Positions 21,064-31,864 of a stretch of DNA of 37,069 nt are shown in pieces. Positions within the stretch are counted from its first letter, which is position 1, and each line of letters starts with the position of its first letter. Origin of the DNA: Trichomonas gallinae (lineage: Eukaryota); contig MRSU01011155.1 in the NCBI GenBank assembly GCA_008369845.1, forward strand, positions 1-37,069, given 5' to 3'. A model generated the notes under the pieces. The model did no database searches. It worked only from the letters and a program-made list of their open reading frames with translations, and was not told the DNA's origin. The position numbers and the translations under genes are program-made.

Positions 21064-22365
21064 TCATTGCTTTTCGAGAAAGACAGCAAATTTGGAGACT
21101 TTTCCGCGCTCACCCTTAATGTTCTCACAAATATAATATGAATCGTCTTCTCCGACAATAGCTAATAATTCGCCAGTTTCAACTTCGAGGAAATCTGATG
21201 TTGTTGAGAGCTGAGCTGTTCTAACAAGCGCGAGACTCATCTTTTCGATCTGTAAGCAGTTTGATGGAACATATCTCTTTTGTCCCATTGGATCTTTTGC
21301 CAAAACCCAGTCGTGCTCAAGGTTGTCGTATGTGAAAACCCTTGTTCCAGCGGTTAAATTCATCTCGAATGGATGAGCAGCAATGAAATCGCTTATAACA
21401 CTTGCAATAAAGAGCGGAGCATCAATTTGGGTGAGTGGAGCCGCCACAACATCGAAATTGGATTGATCTGCGAATGGAAGACTGATAGGGACAAAGTCCT
21501 TCGGCTTAATGATCATTCGAACAATTCCTTTGGCCTCAATGAACTGCTTGAAGTGGTTCTTCCATGGAATTGCGCTCTGCTCGAACCAAATCTTAACATC
21601 TCTGCTGTTGTTAACTAGAGTATTGCAAGAAGGAATCAAGCATGTGTTGATAAGAGATGTGATCAAGTTGATTCTCTCTGGATGGAGCTTGTTCATCCTT
21701 TCGATAGAATCTTCAATGAAATCAGCATAGTTGTGATGAGCAGTATTAAATTTGGCAACAGCAGTTCTGAGATTGCTAACAGACTTCTGGTAGTTCATGC
21801 ATGCATCTTTGAGTGTCTTGTTTGCTTTTTCGATTTTATCTTGCTTTCCTGTCTTATTAGCAGATAATGAATCTTTATATGCCTTTTCGGCAGCTGTGTT
21901 TGCATTCTGATATTCCTTGAAGATTGCTTTAGCTGTTTCTTTTGTGTTATGACGATACTTTGAATATTCATTGTATTTCGTAACAATTTGCTTTAATATT
22001 TCTTCTGATTTAACTATGAAGTCAAGAAGAGGGTGCATGATAGCACCATCCATAAACAATGAGAATGAGTCGAGTTCAGAGATAATTTGACCTGTCATCC
22101 TTCCGAGGATTTCCAATCTCTCAGTGTGGCAGCCAGGAATTCCGGGGGCAACCAACTGGTTTGGATCTGGAATGAACTTCTTGAAGTTGGATGGTTTTAA
22201 CTGTGGCATTGTTGTTGTATGTTTTTTATATTCGCTTTTAATTGTCTTAATATATTCGCAAAGTTTCTTCATACGAAGATTGGACAAATCTAAGTAGGCA
22301 GCTGCCCATTCGAAGCGTTTTTGTAGCTGATCTTTCTGATTATTTGTGACTTCGAAACTCAGCAT
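21064..22365 (-). CDS. F-BAR/BAR-like coiled-coil protein with two C-terminal SH3 domains
   Basis: Long helical N-terminus; SH3-1 ASVISDF...EMNL...DWVLA...YVPSNCL; SH3-2 ALVR...FLEVETGELL...YYICEN..GERGKV. Confidence 0.85.
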   Translation of the reverse strand: MLSFEVTNNQKDQLQKRFEWAAAYLDLSNLRMKKLCEYIKTIKSEYKKHTTTMPQLKPSNFKKFIPDPNQLVAPGIPGCHTERLEILGRMTGQIISELDSFSLFMDGAIMHPLLDFIVKSEEILKQIVTKYNEYSKYRHNTKETAKAIFKEYQNANTAAEKAYKDSLSANKTGKQDKIEKANKTLKDACMNYQKSVSNLRTAVAKFNTAHHNYADFIEDSIERMNKLHPERINLITSLINTCLIPSCNTLVNNSRDVKIWFEQSAIPWKNHFKQFIEAKGIVRMIIKPKDFVPISLPFADQSNFDVVAAPLTQIDAPLFIASVISDFIAAHPFEMNLTAGTRVFTYDNLEHDWVLAKDPMGQKRYVPSNCLQIEKMSLALVRTAQLSTTSDFLEVETGELLAIVGEDDSYYICENIKGERGKVSKFAVFLEKQ

Positions 22366-22376
22366 TTTTTTGTCAT

Positions 22377-22384
22377 GTCACTTT
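22377..22384 (-). promoter_or_regulatory. M2 core-promoter element AAAGTGAC (also at 31909-31902 minus and 35581-35588 plus)
   Basis: Exact AAAGTGAC on the coding strand shortly upstream of three start codons (22365, 31864, 35598); a known T. vaginalis upstream motif. Confidence 0.6.
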
Positions 22385-22904
22385 TTGTTTTTTCCTTGAT
22401 CTTCATAATTTTTCGATTTTGACTTAATATTTATTGAATATATAACATTTCTATTCGTAATTTAAAATAAAAATTGATTTTTATTTATAAAATTTATTTT
22501 AATTAAAAATATGGAACTATAAAATATGTAACATCTATTTTTGTTAGAAAAATTCGGTTTTGCCTGAATTCATTTGATATTTGATATTTGATACTTCATT
22601 ATCTTTTGATATGTTAATATTATATTTTGGTGGAAAATGGATTATTTCAATTTTTTAGATTTGATAAAAACCAAAACTTTTTATTTTGAGTCTTATTCTT
22701 TCATTTCCCATCTATGCTCATTCATGTCTATCATATATTCCTAGTTCATTCATTGATAAATCAATATTAATATCAACTATCAATTATATCAATAAAATTG
22801 TGATTTCAATTATTCTCTTCCAGTAAGCAAATAAGAATGAAGTTAATTTATGGTTAGTTTAGATAATAATAACAATTTGATGGTAATAAAATAGTGTAAA
22901 TTTC

Positions 22905-24023
22905 TTAATGGACTGCAAAACCGTCGACTCCTGCATCGTCTGCATCATTGGCGTAGGCTGTTCTTGTATCTCTCTTAGCGAAGTAAATAATTAATAATAT
23001 TATAATAGCTAAAACAACTAAGCAAGCAATGACTATACCAACAATCATGCCTGTCTTCTTCTTAGTAGCAGAACCGGTCTTTGCAGCTTCATCAATTGTT
23101 TGTGATGGTGTGCGTGGTATAACAGTTTGAGCTGGTGTGCGTGGTATGACTGTTTCTGCTGGTGTGCGTGGTATGACTGTTTGATCTGGTGTCCTGTCTG
23201 GTATTGGTTCTGGAGTTGGAGTTGGTGGTGGAGCTGGAGAGATTCTGTAGCAATTAGTCTGATTGAAAGAAACACTATTAATTGTAACTGTCACAGCTTG
23301 GCCTTTAACGGAAACAGCATTTTGAATATTGCCTTCTTCTTTAACATCAATGTCAAGGATTTGAATGGATGGTTTATAGTCATTTTCTGTATATGTGCAT
23401 TTGTGAGTAATAAGGAGGTTGTCAATGAAGCAAGAATATTGGACAAGTAAAGTAGACTTGACATTTTCATTATTCTGATAGTAAATGTAGCCATTTGAGC
23501 TTGTAAGATTGTTCCAGTAGTTGTATTTGCTTGTTACGGTTGTGCATTTAACGTACGCAACAACACCCCAAACTGCTGTATTTTCAGAAAATGTGTTGTT
23601 GGAAACATCGACTGTCTTGATGGACTGCAGATAAAGGCAGGAGCCGTAAATAGAACTGCTGCATCCAACAAAATTGTTATCGTAGATATATGCCCATGAA
23701 TTGCTTGCAGAGGCGGCATTAAGATAAACGCAGCCTCCATAAGCACCATCTCCTGTAACTTTGATGTTTGTAAAATTATTGCCGTAGATATTGACAGTAA
23801 AAGCTGTTGTAGAAGACGTGACAGCAATGACACCACCATAGCTTGACGATGATGACGATAATGTCGCATCATGAACATAGCAATACCTGATATTTAATGT
23901 ATAAGGATTAACTTGGTCAGGAACAGGAATCCATTCCTTAAATTTAGAGCTGTTTGTTTGTGTGATATACTGATTTTCAATATTAGTTGTCGTGCTAATG
24001 ACTGAGTGTATTAAGAAGAACAT
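22905..24023 (-). CDS. Pmp-like (polymorphic membrane protein) single-pass surface protein
   Basis: Short signal-like N-terminus; alternating GGxI/GGCV and FxN motifs (YGGVI..NNFTN..YGGCV..NNF..NNTFSEN); Pro/Thr stalk; C-terminal TM helix; short cytoplasmic tail. Confidence 0.8.
   Translation of the reverse strand: MFFLIHSVISTTTNIENQYITQTNSSKFKEWIPVPDQVNPYTLNIRYCYVHDATLSSSSSSYGGVIAVTSSTTAFTVNIYGNNFTNIKVTGDGAYGGCVYLNAASASNSWAYIYDNNFVGCSSSIYGSCLYLQSIKTVDVSNNTFSENTAVWGVVAYVKCTTVTSKYNYWNNLTSSNGYIYYQNNENVKSTLLVQYSCFIDNLLITHKCTYTENDYKPSIQILDIDVKEEGNIQNAVSVKGQAVTVTINSVSFNQTNCYRISPAPPPTPTPEPIPDRTPDQTVIPRTPAETVIPRTPAQTVIPRTPSQTIDEAAKTGSATKKKTGMIVGIVIACLVVLAIIILLIIYFAKRDTRTAYANDADDAGVDGFAVH
23107..23214 (-). 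repeat. 27-bp coding tandem repeat (PRTPAxTVI) in the Pmp-like stalk
   Basis: GGTGTGCGTGGTAT at 23107, 23134 and 23161, with a degenerate copy at 23188. Confidence 0.9.
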
Positions 24024-24566
24024 TTTGCGTTTAAATTGTATAAAAGACGATAAAATTACTAACGCATTTGTTTTTTTTTTCAGTTTTTGACATTACAATA
24101 TTTACATGTCAAATGTATTATGCATTAGTATACTTTTGTTTAATACTAGAGTTCATAGCATTAGTTTCACTTTTTTAAATATATCTTCAGTGAAATACGA
24201 AAAGATTATTTTAATTATCAAATCAGAAACTAAATATAACTCAACAAAGACTCATGCATAGATCAGGATGTATATATCTGCTCAAGCAACAATATATTAA
24301 AAAGTCTTTCATATTGAAAGGGTTTTAAATGTTATTATTCAATATAATCAACAACTATTGATATCATCTAGTTTTAGAAGCATTATTTCTTATACAAAAG
24401 TGTATGATCATATTATTGACTTGCTTATATATTTCCTATTACATATAAATTATATCAGAAATAATATTATTCAATATTTCATGTGTAAATTGCAGGAAGA
24501 ATCATAGTCATCAAAATCAACTATCTGTAATAATTACAATTTATAATAAACAAAATTAATTTCAAA

Positions 24567-25043
24567 TTAAAATTTTTGCTTCAGTAATTGTGCTTGAGCT
24601 TCATCAAGTATTTTTTGCTTAGATTCATTAATGTATTCAACTAAATCCTTTGGATTTAGCGCAGCATAATTAAAACCAGTAATAATTCCACTCATAAGAG
24701 GTACAGCAGTAAGATAATAAAGACTTCTTGTTTCATTCATAACAATATTTGATGTTAACTTAGCCAGAAATCCACTAATAAACTCATTTACGACTTTTCT
24801 TACGAAAGATTGATTTGGCTTCGAAAGGAAGCTTTTCGACACACCATAAGTTGCACCAAATGTCCCAGTCTGTAATGTAATTGCTGCAATATGTTTCAAA
24901 AGTTGTTCTTCTGGAATATACTGGCCAGAGCAAATAGCGGCGAATGTTGCTTGTCTTATAAGCAACGACACAGTAGAATCTTTGAATTCATGCATGAATT
25001 TAGCAAAATCATGCTCAAAATTAGAATGTTGCTTTTGGTTCAT
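24567..25043 (-). CDS. Small membrane protein, possibly Tim17/Tim22/Tim23 family
   Basis: 158 aa from ATG 25043; GTFGATYGVSKSFL...VVNEFISGFLA resembles the Tim17-family TM2/TM3 pattern. The upstream in-frame extension to 25235 lies in a repeat array. Confidence 0.5.
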   Translation of the reverse strand: MNQKQHSNFEHDFAKFMHEFKDSTVSLLIRQATFAAICSGQYIPEEQLLKHIAAITLQTGTFGATYGVSKSFLSKPNQSFVRKVVNEFISGFLAKLTSNIVMNETRSLYYLTAVPLMSGIITGFNYAALNPKDLVEYINESKQKILDEAQAQLLKQKF

Positions 25044-25090
25044 ATTTCGATTGATACAAAAGTGTCTAATTTTGATATCGTTAAAATTTT

Positions 25091-25323
25091 CGACATGTAA
25101 ATATAAATATTTGACGTGTAAACTAATATTTTTGGATTGTAAATTTGTCGTTTTGACATGTAAATTTTTGTAATGTAAACTCCAAATATTTGGCGTGTAA
25201 ATAGAAATCTGTATGTAAACATTTATTTTCGACATGTAAATGTGAATTTTGTAATGTGAACATTAAATATCTGGATTGGATCAATATAATTTGTAATGTA
25301 AATAAAAATCTTTGACGTGTAAA
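25091..25323. repeat. Degenerate ~21-bp periodic array, 12 units, core (T/C)GAC(A/G)TGTAAA
   Basis: TGTAAA or a variant starts at 25096, 25117, 25138, 25159, 25174, 25196, 25214, 25235, 25255, 25277, 25297 and 25318. Confidence 0.85.
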
Positions 25324-25361
25324 ATAACATGATACTTTATTGTCAGAGAAAAATAAGAAAA

Positions 25362-25940
25362 ATGCAGGTATCAGGTCCCCACAACATGCTTAGCTTTAAA
25401 GTCATTCTAGTGGGGGATTCAGGCGTCGGCAAAACATCAATAGCAAACAGAATCGCGCATCAACAGTTTCTAACAAATACTCCGGCAACTATAGGAACTG
25501 GTACTTATCGAATTGTGATGCCAGTAGAAAATACACAAATAGAACTCAAACTTTGGGATACAGCTGGTCAAGAGAAATATAAATCTATTATTCCAATGTT
25601 TAAAAGAGAGACGTCAGCTTGTATAATTGTTGCATCAGTTGATTCTACAGAGTCTGTGGAACACATTATTGATTGGAATCGGATGATGACTGAAGATGGT
25701 GTTGAACCAACAATATTTATCGCGGTAAATAAAACAGATTTAAATATACCTATCGATGATATGCGAGATAAACTAATGAACACCTTCCCTGAAGTGCACT
25801 TTGTGTCGGCAAAGAGTAATTATGGAATTAACGAGCTTTTTAATCAAGTTGCTTACGCCTGCTTCAATGGACCTGTGCATAATACTGTCGATGCTGCATT
25901 AATCGAAGCGCCTGTTTCTAATAGAATGTGTTGTTTTTAA
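25362..25940 (+). CDS. Rab-family small GTPase
   Basis: GDSGVGKT, ATIG, WDTAGQE, NKTD, SAK and C-terminal CCF prenylation motif. Start is 25362 or 25329. Confidence 0.93.
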   Translation: MQVSGPHNMLSFKVILVGDSGVGKTSIANRIAHQQFLTNTPATIGTGTYRIVMPVENTQIELKLWDTAGQEKYKSIIPMFKRETSACIIVASVDSTESVEHIIDWNRMMTEDGVEPTIFIAVNKTDLNIPIDDMRDKLMNTFPEVHFVSAKSNYGINELFNQVAYACFNGPVHNTVDAALIEAPVSNRMCCF

Positions 25941-26623
25941 TTATATTGTTCTTTTCTTGTTACTTAAATTTGTCTATCTGAAAATATCTATTACAAATAC
26001 GATCGCAGCTATTAATACGCATCCTATTTACATACAAATTACATTTCTTCTTCCAGAATAGCTTGTTTATAATATAAGATGAAATTTTCAAATTGAAACT
26101 AGTTTCAAAGCTGAAGTACCTGAAAATAAATTGATTTGATGATCAATATTAATTTAGAAGGATTAAAAAGCTTCTATTGTCTTAATATAAGTTATACAAA
26201 TGATCCAAGCCCATAATTGATATTAGATAATGGGAAAATCAATGCAAATATTTGCAGTATATCTATCTCCATTCACAAAGAACGAAGAAAAACTGTGGAA
26301 AATTCCAGAATAAAATCAATTGAAGAAATTTTGGATGAATTTGCAAGTAAACCATATAGGAAAGATGGTATTATCTTAAATGGCCTATATTTGCAAGTAT
26401 GTATAAAATTTTGAAATTGATCCGACATCATGAGTATATATGCTTCATTACAATTAGTATATGCTATATTTTTAATCTAAATGCTAAATTCTTAAATTTT
26501 CTTCGATCTTTCAAATGAAACATGTCAGATTCCAAAATATTCATATTCTATGCATTTTTACAAATCTATTGTTTTAATTTTGTCAAAAATTTTAATTTTT
26601 TTTTTGAAAAATAAAAAAATTTA

Positions 26624-28180
26624 ATGGCAGAGGATTACGATCCATTAAATATTGGTGTAGTTCAATCATCAAACACAGAGGAGCTTCCCCCACCTACTGT
26701 TCGTGTTATACCTAGGACAACAATGCAAGTTGACTTATTTGAAGTAATCGAGGAACCTAAAAGAAGAAGGAGATCAATGAAATCACTTAATATCGATAAG
26801 GAAATGCTATTCGGTCGTACTCAAACACCAGACAGTAATTTTGTTCAAGACTTTTTACAATTTAAATCAAAATTATATAATTCTAACTCAGAATCCGATT
26901 TAATTAACATTGAAAAGGAAGATTTCACGCAATACATGGATAAAGAAAGTGTTTCAAACAAATTCTCGAACCCATCAGATACTTTAAAGAAGACTCGCCT
27001 TAGTTTGCTTAATAGTGACAACATTTCCATACAAAAACGTGTTAAGGAGCTCAAAGCAGAACTGAATCTACATTTACTTCAGAAAACAGAGATAGAGAAA
27101 AATTTAAAGGCATTATCTGACCAAATGAACGCAATTTACCATAATGGCATAGAGCAAAACCGTACTAAAGCAGCTATTTCAGCTATATATATAAGGAAAT
27201 CATTAAGATTGCACGATGTTTATGCTGATTTAATGCGATCAAATATTGCAAGATGTGGGAAGTATAATGACTGGCTTCGTGACCTTCCTGTAGAGTATCC
27301 ATGTGTTCCAACTCTAATAACAGACAAATTCCTTGAAACGCTCGTAATGAAAAATGAAAAAACAAAAAAGATAGAAAAACAAATCGCTATTCTCGAAAAA
27401 CAGATAAAACCTATTACACCTACTAAAGTTGGATCAGGAGACTGGTATGAAAACGTGCTTCATCCCAAATCAAAAACAGGAGAAATTATTAAAAGATTCG
27501 AAGAGAAAATTTCTGAGTTGAGATTCTCCGAGGTTTTCGAAATATTAGAACATCTAGCAGAAATAGAAGGCAATTACAGCGAATTTGAAGATTTATTATT
27601 TGATATTGGCTGGTCACGCATTCAATATCCATTTGGAATAAACAGAGTCATTAAACTCCCTCCAGTGAAAGATTTGTTCCCAGCTGCATTCGCCAAAATT
27701 GAGATGCCGGAGGAATATACCCTTGCCTCATTCAATATGCTCAATGGTATGGATTGGCCATTCAAAACAGTTGTTGACATGTTATTCTCAATGATGATCC
27801 TTACGAATCCATTCGATATCGCTCACGTTTTTTGGGATGTTATTCAAGAAGCAGCGAAATGCATGAACAAGCAGCTGGTTGTTTTCAAAGGAATAGCACC
27901 AGAAGATGTTGAGATAGACTTCGACTCATTATTCCCAGTTTTGTTAATTAGCATTTTAACTTTTGGCATCGACGAATGGATGCAAGTTGCTTTGTATACA
28001 ATGTCATTTAACGAGTTCGTTCATGATGACCCACAGTTACAGTTCGCAATGACTTATTTAGAAGGTTTAGTGACGCAAATGTTGAGCATTGATATGAATA
28101 AGGTGAAACAGAAAGCACATCAGATCAGAGACAACTGGATAGAAGAAAGTGTCGACCCTCTGGGCGTCTCCGGTAACTAG
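26624..28180 (+). CDS. Coiled-coil protein with C-terminal VPS9-like (Rab GEF) domain
   Basis: NPFDIA...IDFDSLFPVLLISIL...QFAMTYLEGLV matches VPS9 'ADDxLP' (D-x3-P kept) and 'YxxT' (here FxxT). Confidence 0.7.
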   Translation: MAEDYDPLNIGVVQSSNTEELPPPTVRVIPRTTMQVDLFEVIEEPKRRRRSMKSLNIDKEMLFGRTQTPDSNFVQDFLQFKSKLYNSNSESDLINIEKEDFTQYMDKESVSNKFSNPSDTLKKTRLSLLNSDNISIQKRVKELKAELNLHLLQKTEIEKNLKALSDQMNAIYHNGIEQNRTKAAISAIYIRKSLRLHDVYADLMRSNIARCGKYNDWLRDLPVEYPCVPTLITDKFLETLVMKNEKTKKIEKQIAILEKQIKPITPTKVGSGDWYENVLHPKSKTGEIIKRFEEKISELRFSEVFEILEHLAEIEGNYSEFEDLLFDIGWSRIQYPFGINRVIKLPPVKDLFPAAFAKIEMPEEYTLASFNMLNGMDWPFKTVVDMLFSMMILTNPFDIAHVFWDVIQEAAKCMNKQLVVFKGIAPEDVEIDFDSLFPVLLISILTFGIDEWMQVALYTMSFNEFVHDDPQLQFAMTYLEGLVTQMLSIDMNKVKQKAHQIRDNWIEESVDPLGVSGN

Positions 28181-28714
28181 ATTCGCTTATTATATTTTTT
28201 TGTTATATTGTTATATTAAAATATCGAGGTTATACTACTAATTTTTGATTTATTCCATCTTATTAATATGTTCAGCTGATTTAGTCTGTCCAAAAACTAA
28301 AAATCATAAATTCTCAATAATTAGTCATAAATTCAGGCGAATCTTTACAAATCACACACATATTACGCTAATATGAATAATATTACAAGTAGTCAATCGT
28401 AAACAAAATGGAAAAAATAATGAACGAAAAATATGTTATGCGCAATGATATGATTATTAGGTTGTAATAATAAACACTCATAATATGTAAATGATTGATC
28501 GCTACATTAGCTTGTGAATCGCAGTTTTGATAAAAATCAACATTATGCAGCAATTTTACTAATATGACTGACTCACGGTTTGAAAAATTGCATTTATTGC
28601 TGATATGTAATTAGCTAGTATTGTTAATATTGGTCAAAAACAAATTCTTATGAAGTGCATATAAAAATATTTTAAAGTACAACGAAAATAAATAAAAATC
28701 CGAATGACAAAGGC

Positions 28715-29491
28715 CTAATATTCTTCCGGGGTTGTCTGTGGCTCGCTTATCTCCTGCGATTCCTGTACCGAAGTATATTCAATTCTTCTAGATTTGATGA
28801 TTGGACTAACATCAACTTCTAAAAATGGCGTAGATCGATTCAAAAGGAAACCTAATGATGTCGGATCGCTCTTTTTACCAGTAATTTTCTCGGTTGCAGA
28901 AATAAAGTTGGGCATTACTAAACTAAATTCACTTTGTTTATCTGTTTTCTTCACTACTCCTGCTATCTCCAAAATAGCAGCGACTTGGTATAGCTTACAG
29001 CGTGTAGTTTTTTCTCGTTCTGTATCCCTTGCTAAAAAGGCAGATGCTTCGAGGATATTTATTGTTCTTGTCTCTAGAGCTATAAATAAAAGTAAAAATT
29101 CTTCTGTGATTCGTTGAATCGAAATTGGTCCATCGGTGGGGAAAATCTCGTCAAGGGAAAAGTTCCCCATGTATACACCGCGCTCTTTAGCCATTCTGTC
29201 TATAGCCATTCTCACTTGGTCAAACCCAAGCCAGATAAAGTTATCCGCATCAACTTTAGGGCAGCATCCAATAGTTTCGAGTGTATTCACGACGTCATAG
29301 AATCTTCTCTGTCTAAAGCCTAGTTTATCAGATGTTCTTTTAATATTATACCGAGAATTGTTAGATGTCTGACAAAGATTGATGAAATTTATAGTTGCCA
29401 TCCTAAAAGGCGACTGTTTATCCATACCCTTACCTATATTCTTGTTATCCGTGTTGCTATCAGCTGAATATGAAGCTGATAATAGCTCCAT
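28715..29491 (-). CDS. Atypical E2F/DP-type transcription factor with two winged-helix domains
   Basis: KLGFRQRRFYDVVNTLETIG (RRxYD motif) and a second degenerate domain RCKLYQVAAILEIAGVVKK. Confidence 0.85.
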   Translation of the reverse strand: MELLSASYSADSNTDNKNIGKGMDKQSPFRMATINFINLCQTSNNSRYNIKRTSDKLGFRQRRFYDVVNTLETIGCCPKVDADNFIWLGFDQVRMAIDRMAKERGVYMGNFSLDEIFPTDGPISIQRITEEFLLLFIALETRTINILEASAFLARDTEREKTTRCKLYQVAAILEIAGVVKKTDKQSEFSLVMPNFISATEKITGKKSDPTSLGFLLNRSTPFLEVDVSPIIKSRRIEYTSVQESQEISEPQTTPEEY

Positions 29492-31312
29492 TTTGAATAC
29501 AGATATTTTTTAAATTTTTATAGGTCTTTCAATATTCAGAGACATCTCACAAATTGGTTAGCATTTGCTTTGTTGTTTTACATCAGTTTAATCCTTGCAT
29601 TATGGAGACGAAAAAGTAATCCACTAAATAACTTTTTTTGCATTGAAGAAATTCTGGGACAAGCTAAACGAATTGAGAAGACATCTCAAATCGTCCTCTC
29701 AAAATTATTTTTGCTCAGTATAAAATAATAGGCAAATATTTATATCCACGAAGAACGTTGGTTGCAGAAAAACATAAGAATATCCTTGATCTGTATAATT
29801 TTTGCGAATAAATTTTGGAACTTTGGGTATTTCGACTGTACATATGATAAACAATGCTATGAAAACAAATAATTACAAAAAAATCACTGCAATTGAAAGA
29901 GAGCATTGAAAACTTTGATTTAAATATAAATTGAGACAAAGATGTGCTATGCTTAGATGACCCAGAAAGTCAATTCGATTTCAATTAAAAACGTATAAAA
30001 GACAAAACTTGGAGAATTACCAGTAAATTTATGAATACAAGCCAAAATTTCTGCGGAGATCTCTACATTAATAAGTAGTACAATGTACTATTATAAAATA
30101 TCGAAAAAAATATGTTTACATCAGAATCGTCGAAAAAATGATATGAAACATGAGTATTGAGTAGAATGATTATGCATTTTATATTCTTTGTGTGTGTATA
30201 TTGTGTTATATTCATAGACAGAATTCGATTTACCGCTCTCTTTTAGCGAATTTTTGCGAAGTTAGAGATTGTCTGTAAAAAACACGATAAAATGAAGTTT
30301 TTGGCTCATTCAATGGTTATTAATAATGATATGTTTTTTGTTTTGAAGATTCCTCACAAACTCATGATCTTTTACTTTCAAAACATAAATTCTGAGGAAA
30401 ACATGAGATAACGTAATATACTTTATTATGACTACAAATACTTAGATTAAAAATAACAAATTTTATTTCAATGGTCCTGAATTTTTGAATTGACAAATAA
30501 TATTTATTATATTATACTGGCATAGAATAACATAAAATTCAATTTTTATTCACAATTAATTCAAAGGATCATTCAAATCCAAAAGATTTTTCACTGAGAA
30601 AAATGCTATTATATGTTTATATTCTCTTCCTCTATCTGTTCTACCCAATGTTCGCTTTGTGTGAGTTTATCTATAATAAATCAATTTAATTTTATTGATA
30701 GGGAAATTTTGTGCCAAAATTTATTTCCGATAATAATATCTGGCGTTCCTCGTCAACTATGTAGGAAATTCCTTTCGATAAGGAATTATATATTCAATAC
30801 ACATTTGTTTTTCATTGAGTCTGGTCTCAAATTTTTGCTCGCAACTCAAATCTTTTTAGATAGATTTACTAATGGCCATGTGTTGATGGGAATAACAAAA
30901 TTCCAAAATGTGTTATAATAAACATAGAAATGATTTTATAAAAAGTAGATAAAGCAACTATGAGATCTTTAATACTCCTTATATTCGATATCCTAATGCA
31001 TATTTATAAAGGTAAGCTGAAAATTCATGCTTTATTCTCGGCAGCTGAAATAATTTCACATCAAATCTTTGTTTCTACTCTCTTGAAATACTATATAGAT
31101 TCTTATGTAGTGAATTTAATATGTAACCGCTCATAATATTGAAGTTAAATATTAAAAAACAAAAAATAACATAGCATGCTGATAAAAGCAAAACTATGTG
31201 TTATATACAACACAATGAGTTGAATCTTTGAAAAACAACGATCATTTATAAGCTTTGAAAAAATTTGGAAATCAAAAATTCGAATTTGATAAATGAAACT
31301 ACAAATAGATAT

Positions 31313-31864
31313 TTAGAGTGTGCTAAGGAATTCGTTAACATTAAAAGTTTTTGTATTGAAGAATTTATATCTGCGAATAATTGAAACTATCTCTTGTTGA
31401 GTTAATTCAACGCCGCATTGTTCGAAGATATGCTCTACATCAGATACTCTAGCTCTATCTGTGTCTGTAATGATTTTTTCCATCATATCGCTTTCTAGCT
31501 TCTCTTTTATGGGTCTGAGCTTATTTGTGATGAGGGTTAAATCGCACATAGGGAAATTATCTGGATCGACCTCCATAATTTCGTATGTATTCTCTGGAGC
31601 GCCGTATAATTTATAAATAACGCGATTAATGTCAACTTTTGCTCCAATATACATGTCTTGGTACCTTGGTGGTGCTTTTGGTCGATAATGTGGAGCTTTA
31701 TAAACAAATCCTCCATCAAAACCATCTGTTTTATTTTCCCAAACTTTAACTTCATCATCAACCAACGAGAAAATCACAGAAAATTCTCTTTTGTCGTTGT
31801 CTGGATTGTCTGATATCATTTTGGCCAAAAATCTTAGCTCTTTGTAGGGTTTATCCTGTTGCAT
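31313..31864 (-). CDS. DM10-domain plus EF-hand-like protein (resembles the EFHC/Rib72 C-terminus)
   Basis: LRFLAKMI...REFSVIFSLVDDEVKVWE...GFDGG...DMYIGAKVDIN..Y.L......TY..ME.DP..FP..D, then ELTQQEIVSIIRRY...FNVNEFL. First ATG at 31864. Confidence 0.85.
   Translation of the reverse strand: MQQDKPYKELRFLAKMISDNPDNDKREFSVIFSLVDDEVKVWENKTDGFDGGFVYKAPHYRPKAPPRYQDMYIGAKVDINRVIYKLYGAPENTYEIMEVDPDNFPMCDLTLITNKLRPIKEKLESDMMEKIITDTDRARVSDVEHIFEQCGVELTQQEIVSIIRRYKFFNTKTFNVNEFLSTL

Noticed and set aside
25091..25323. CRISPR-like repeat/spacer interpretation of the array
   Set aside because: Eukaryotic context, degenerate 11-nt cores, ~10-nt spacers and no cas genes.
26151..26414. Short ORF with faint resemblance to a hAT transposase C-terminus (SIHKE...ILDEFA)
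   Set aside because: Too few matching residues, no other transposase motifs or TIRs; at most an unidentifiable remnant.
29715..30918. Short ORFs in the long spacer between the E2F-like and DM10 genes
   Set aside because: Low-complexity AT-rich translations without recognisable similarity.
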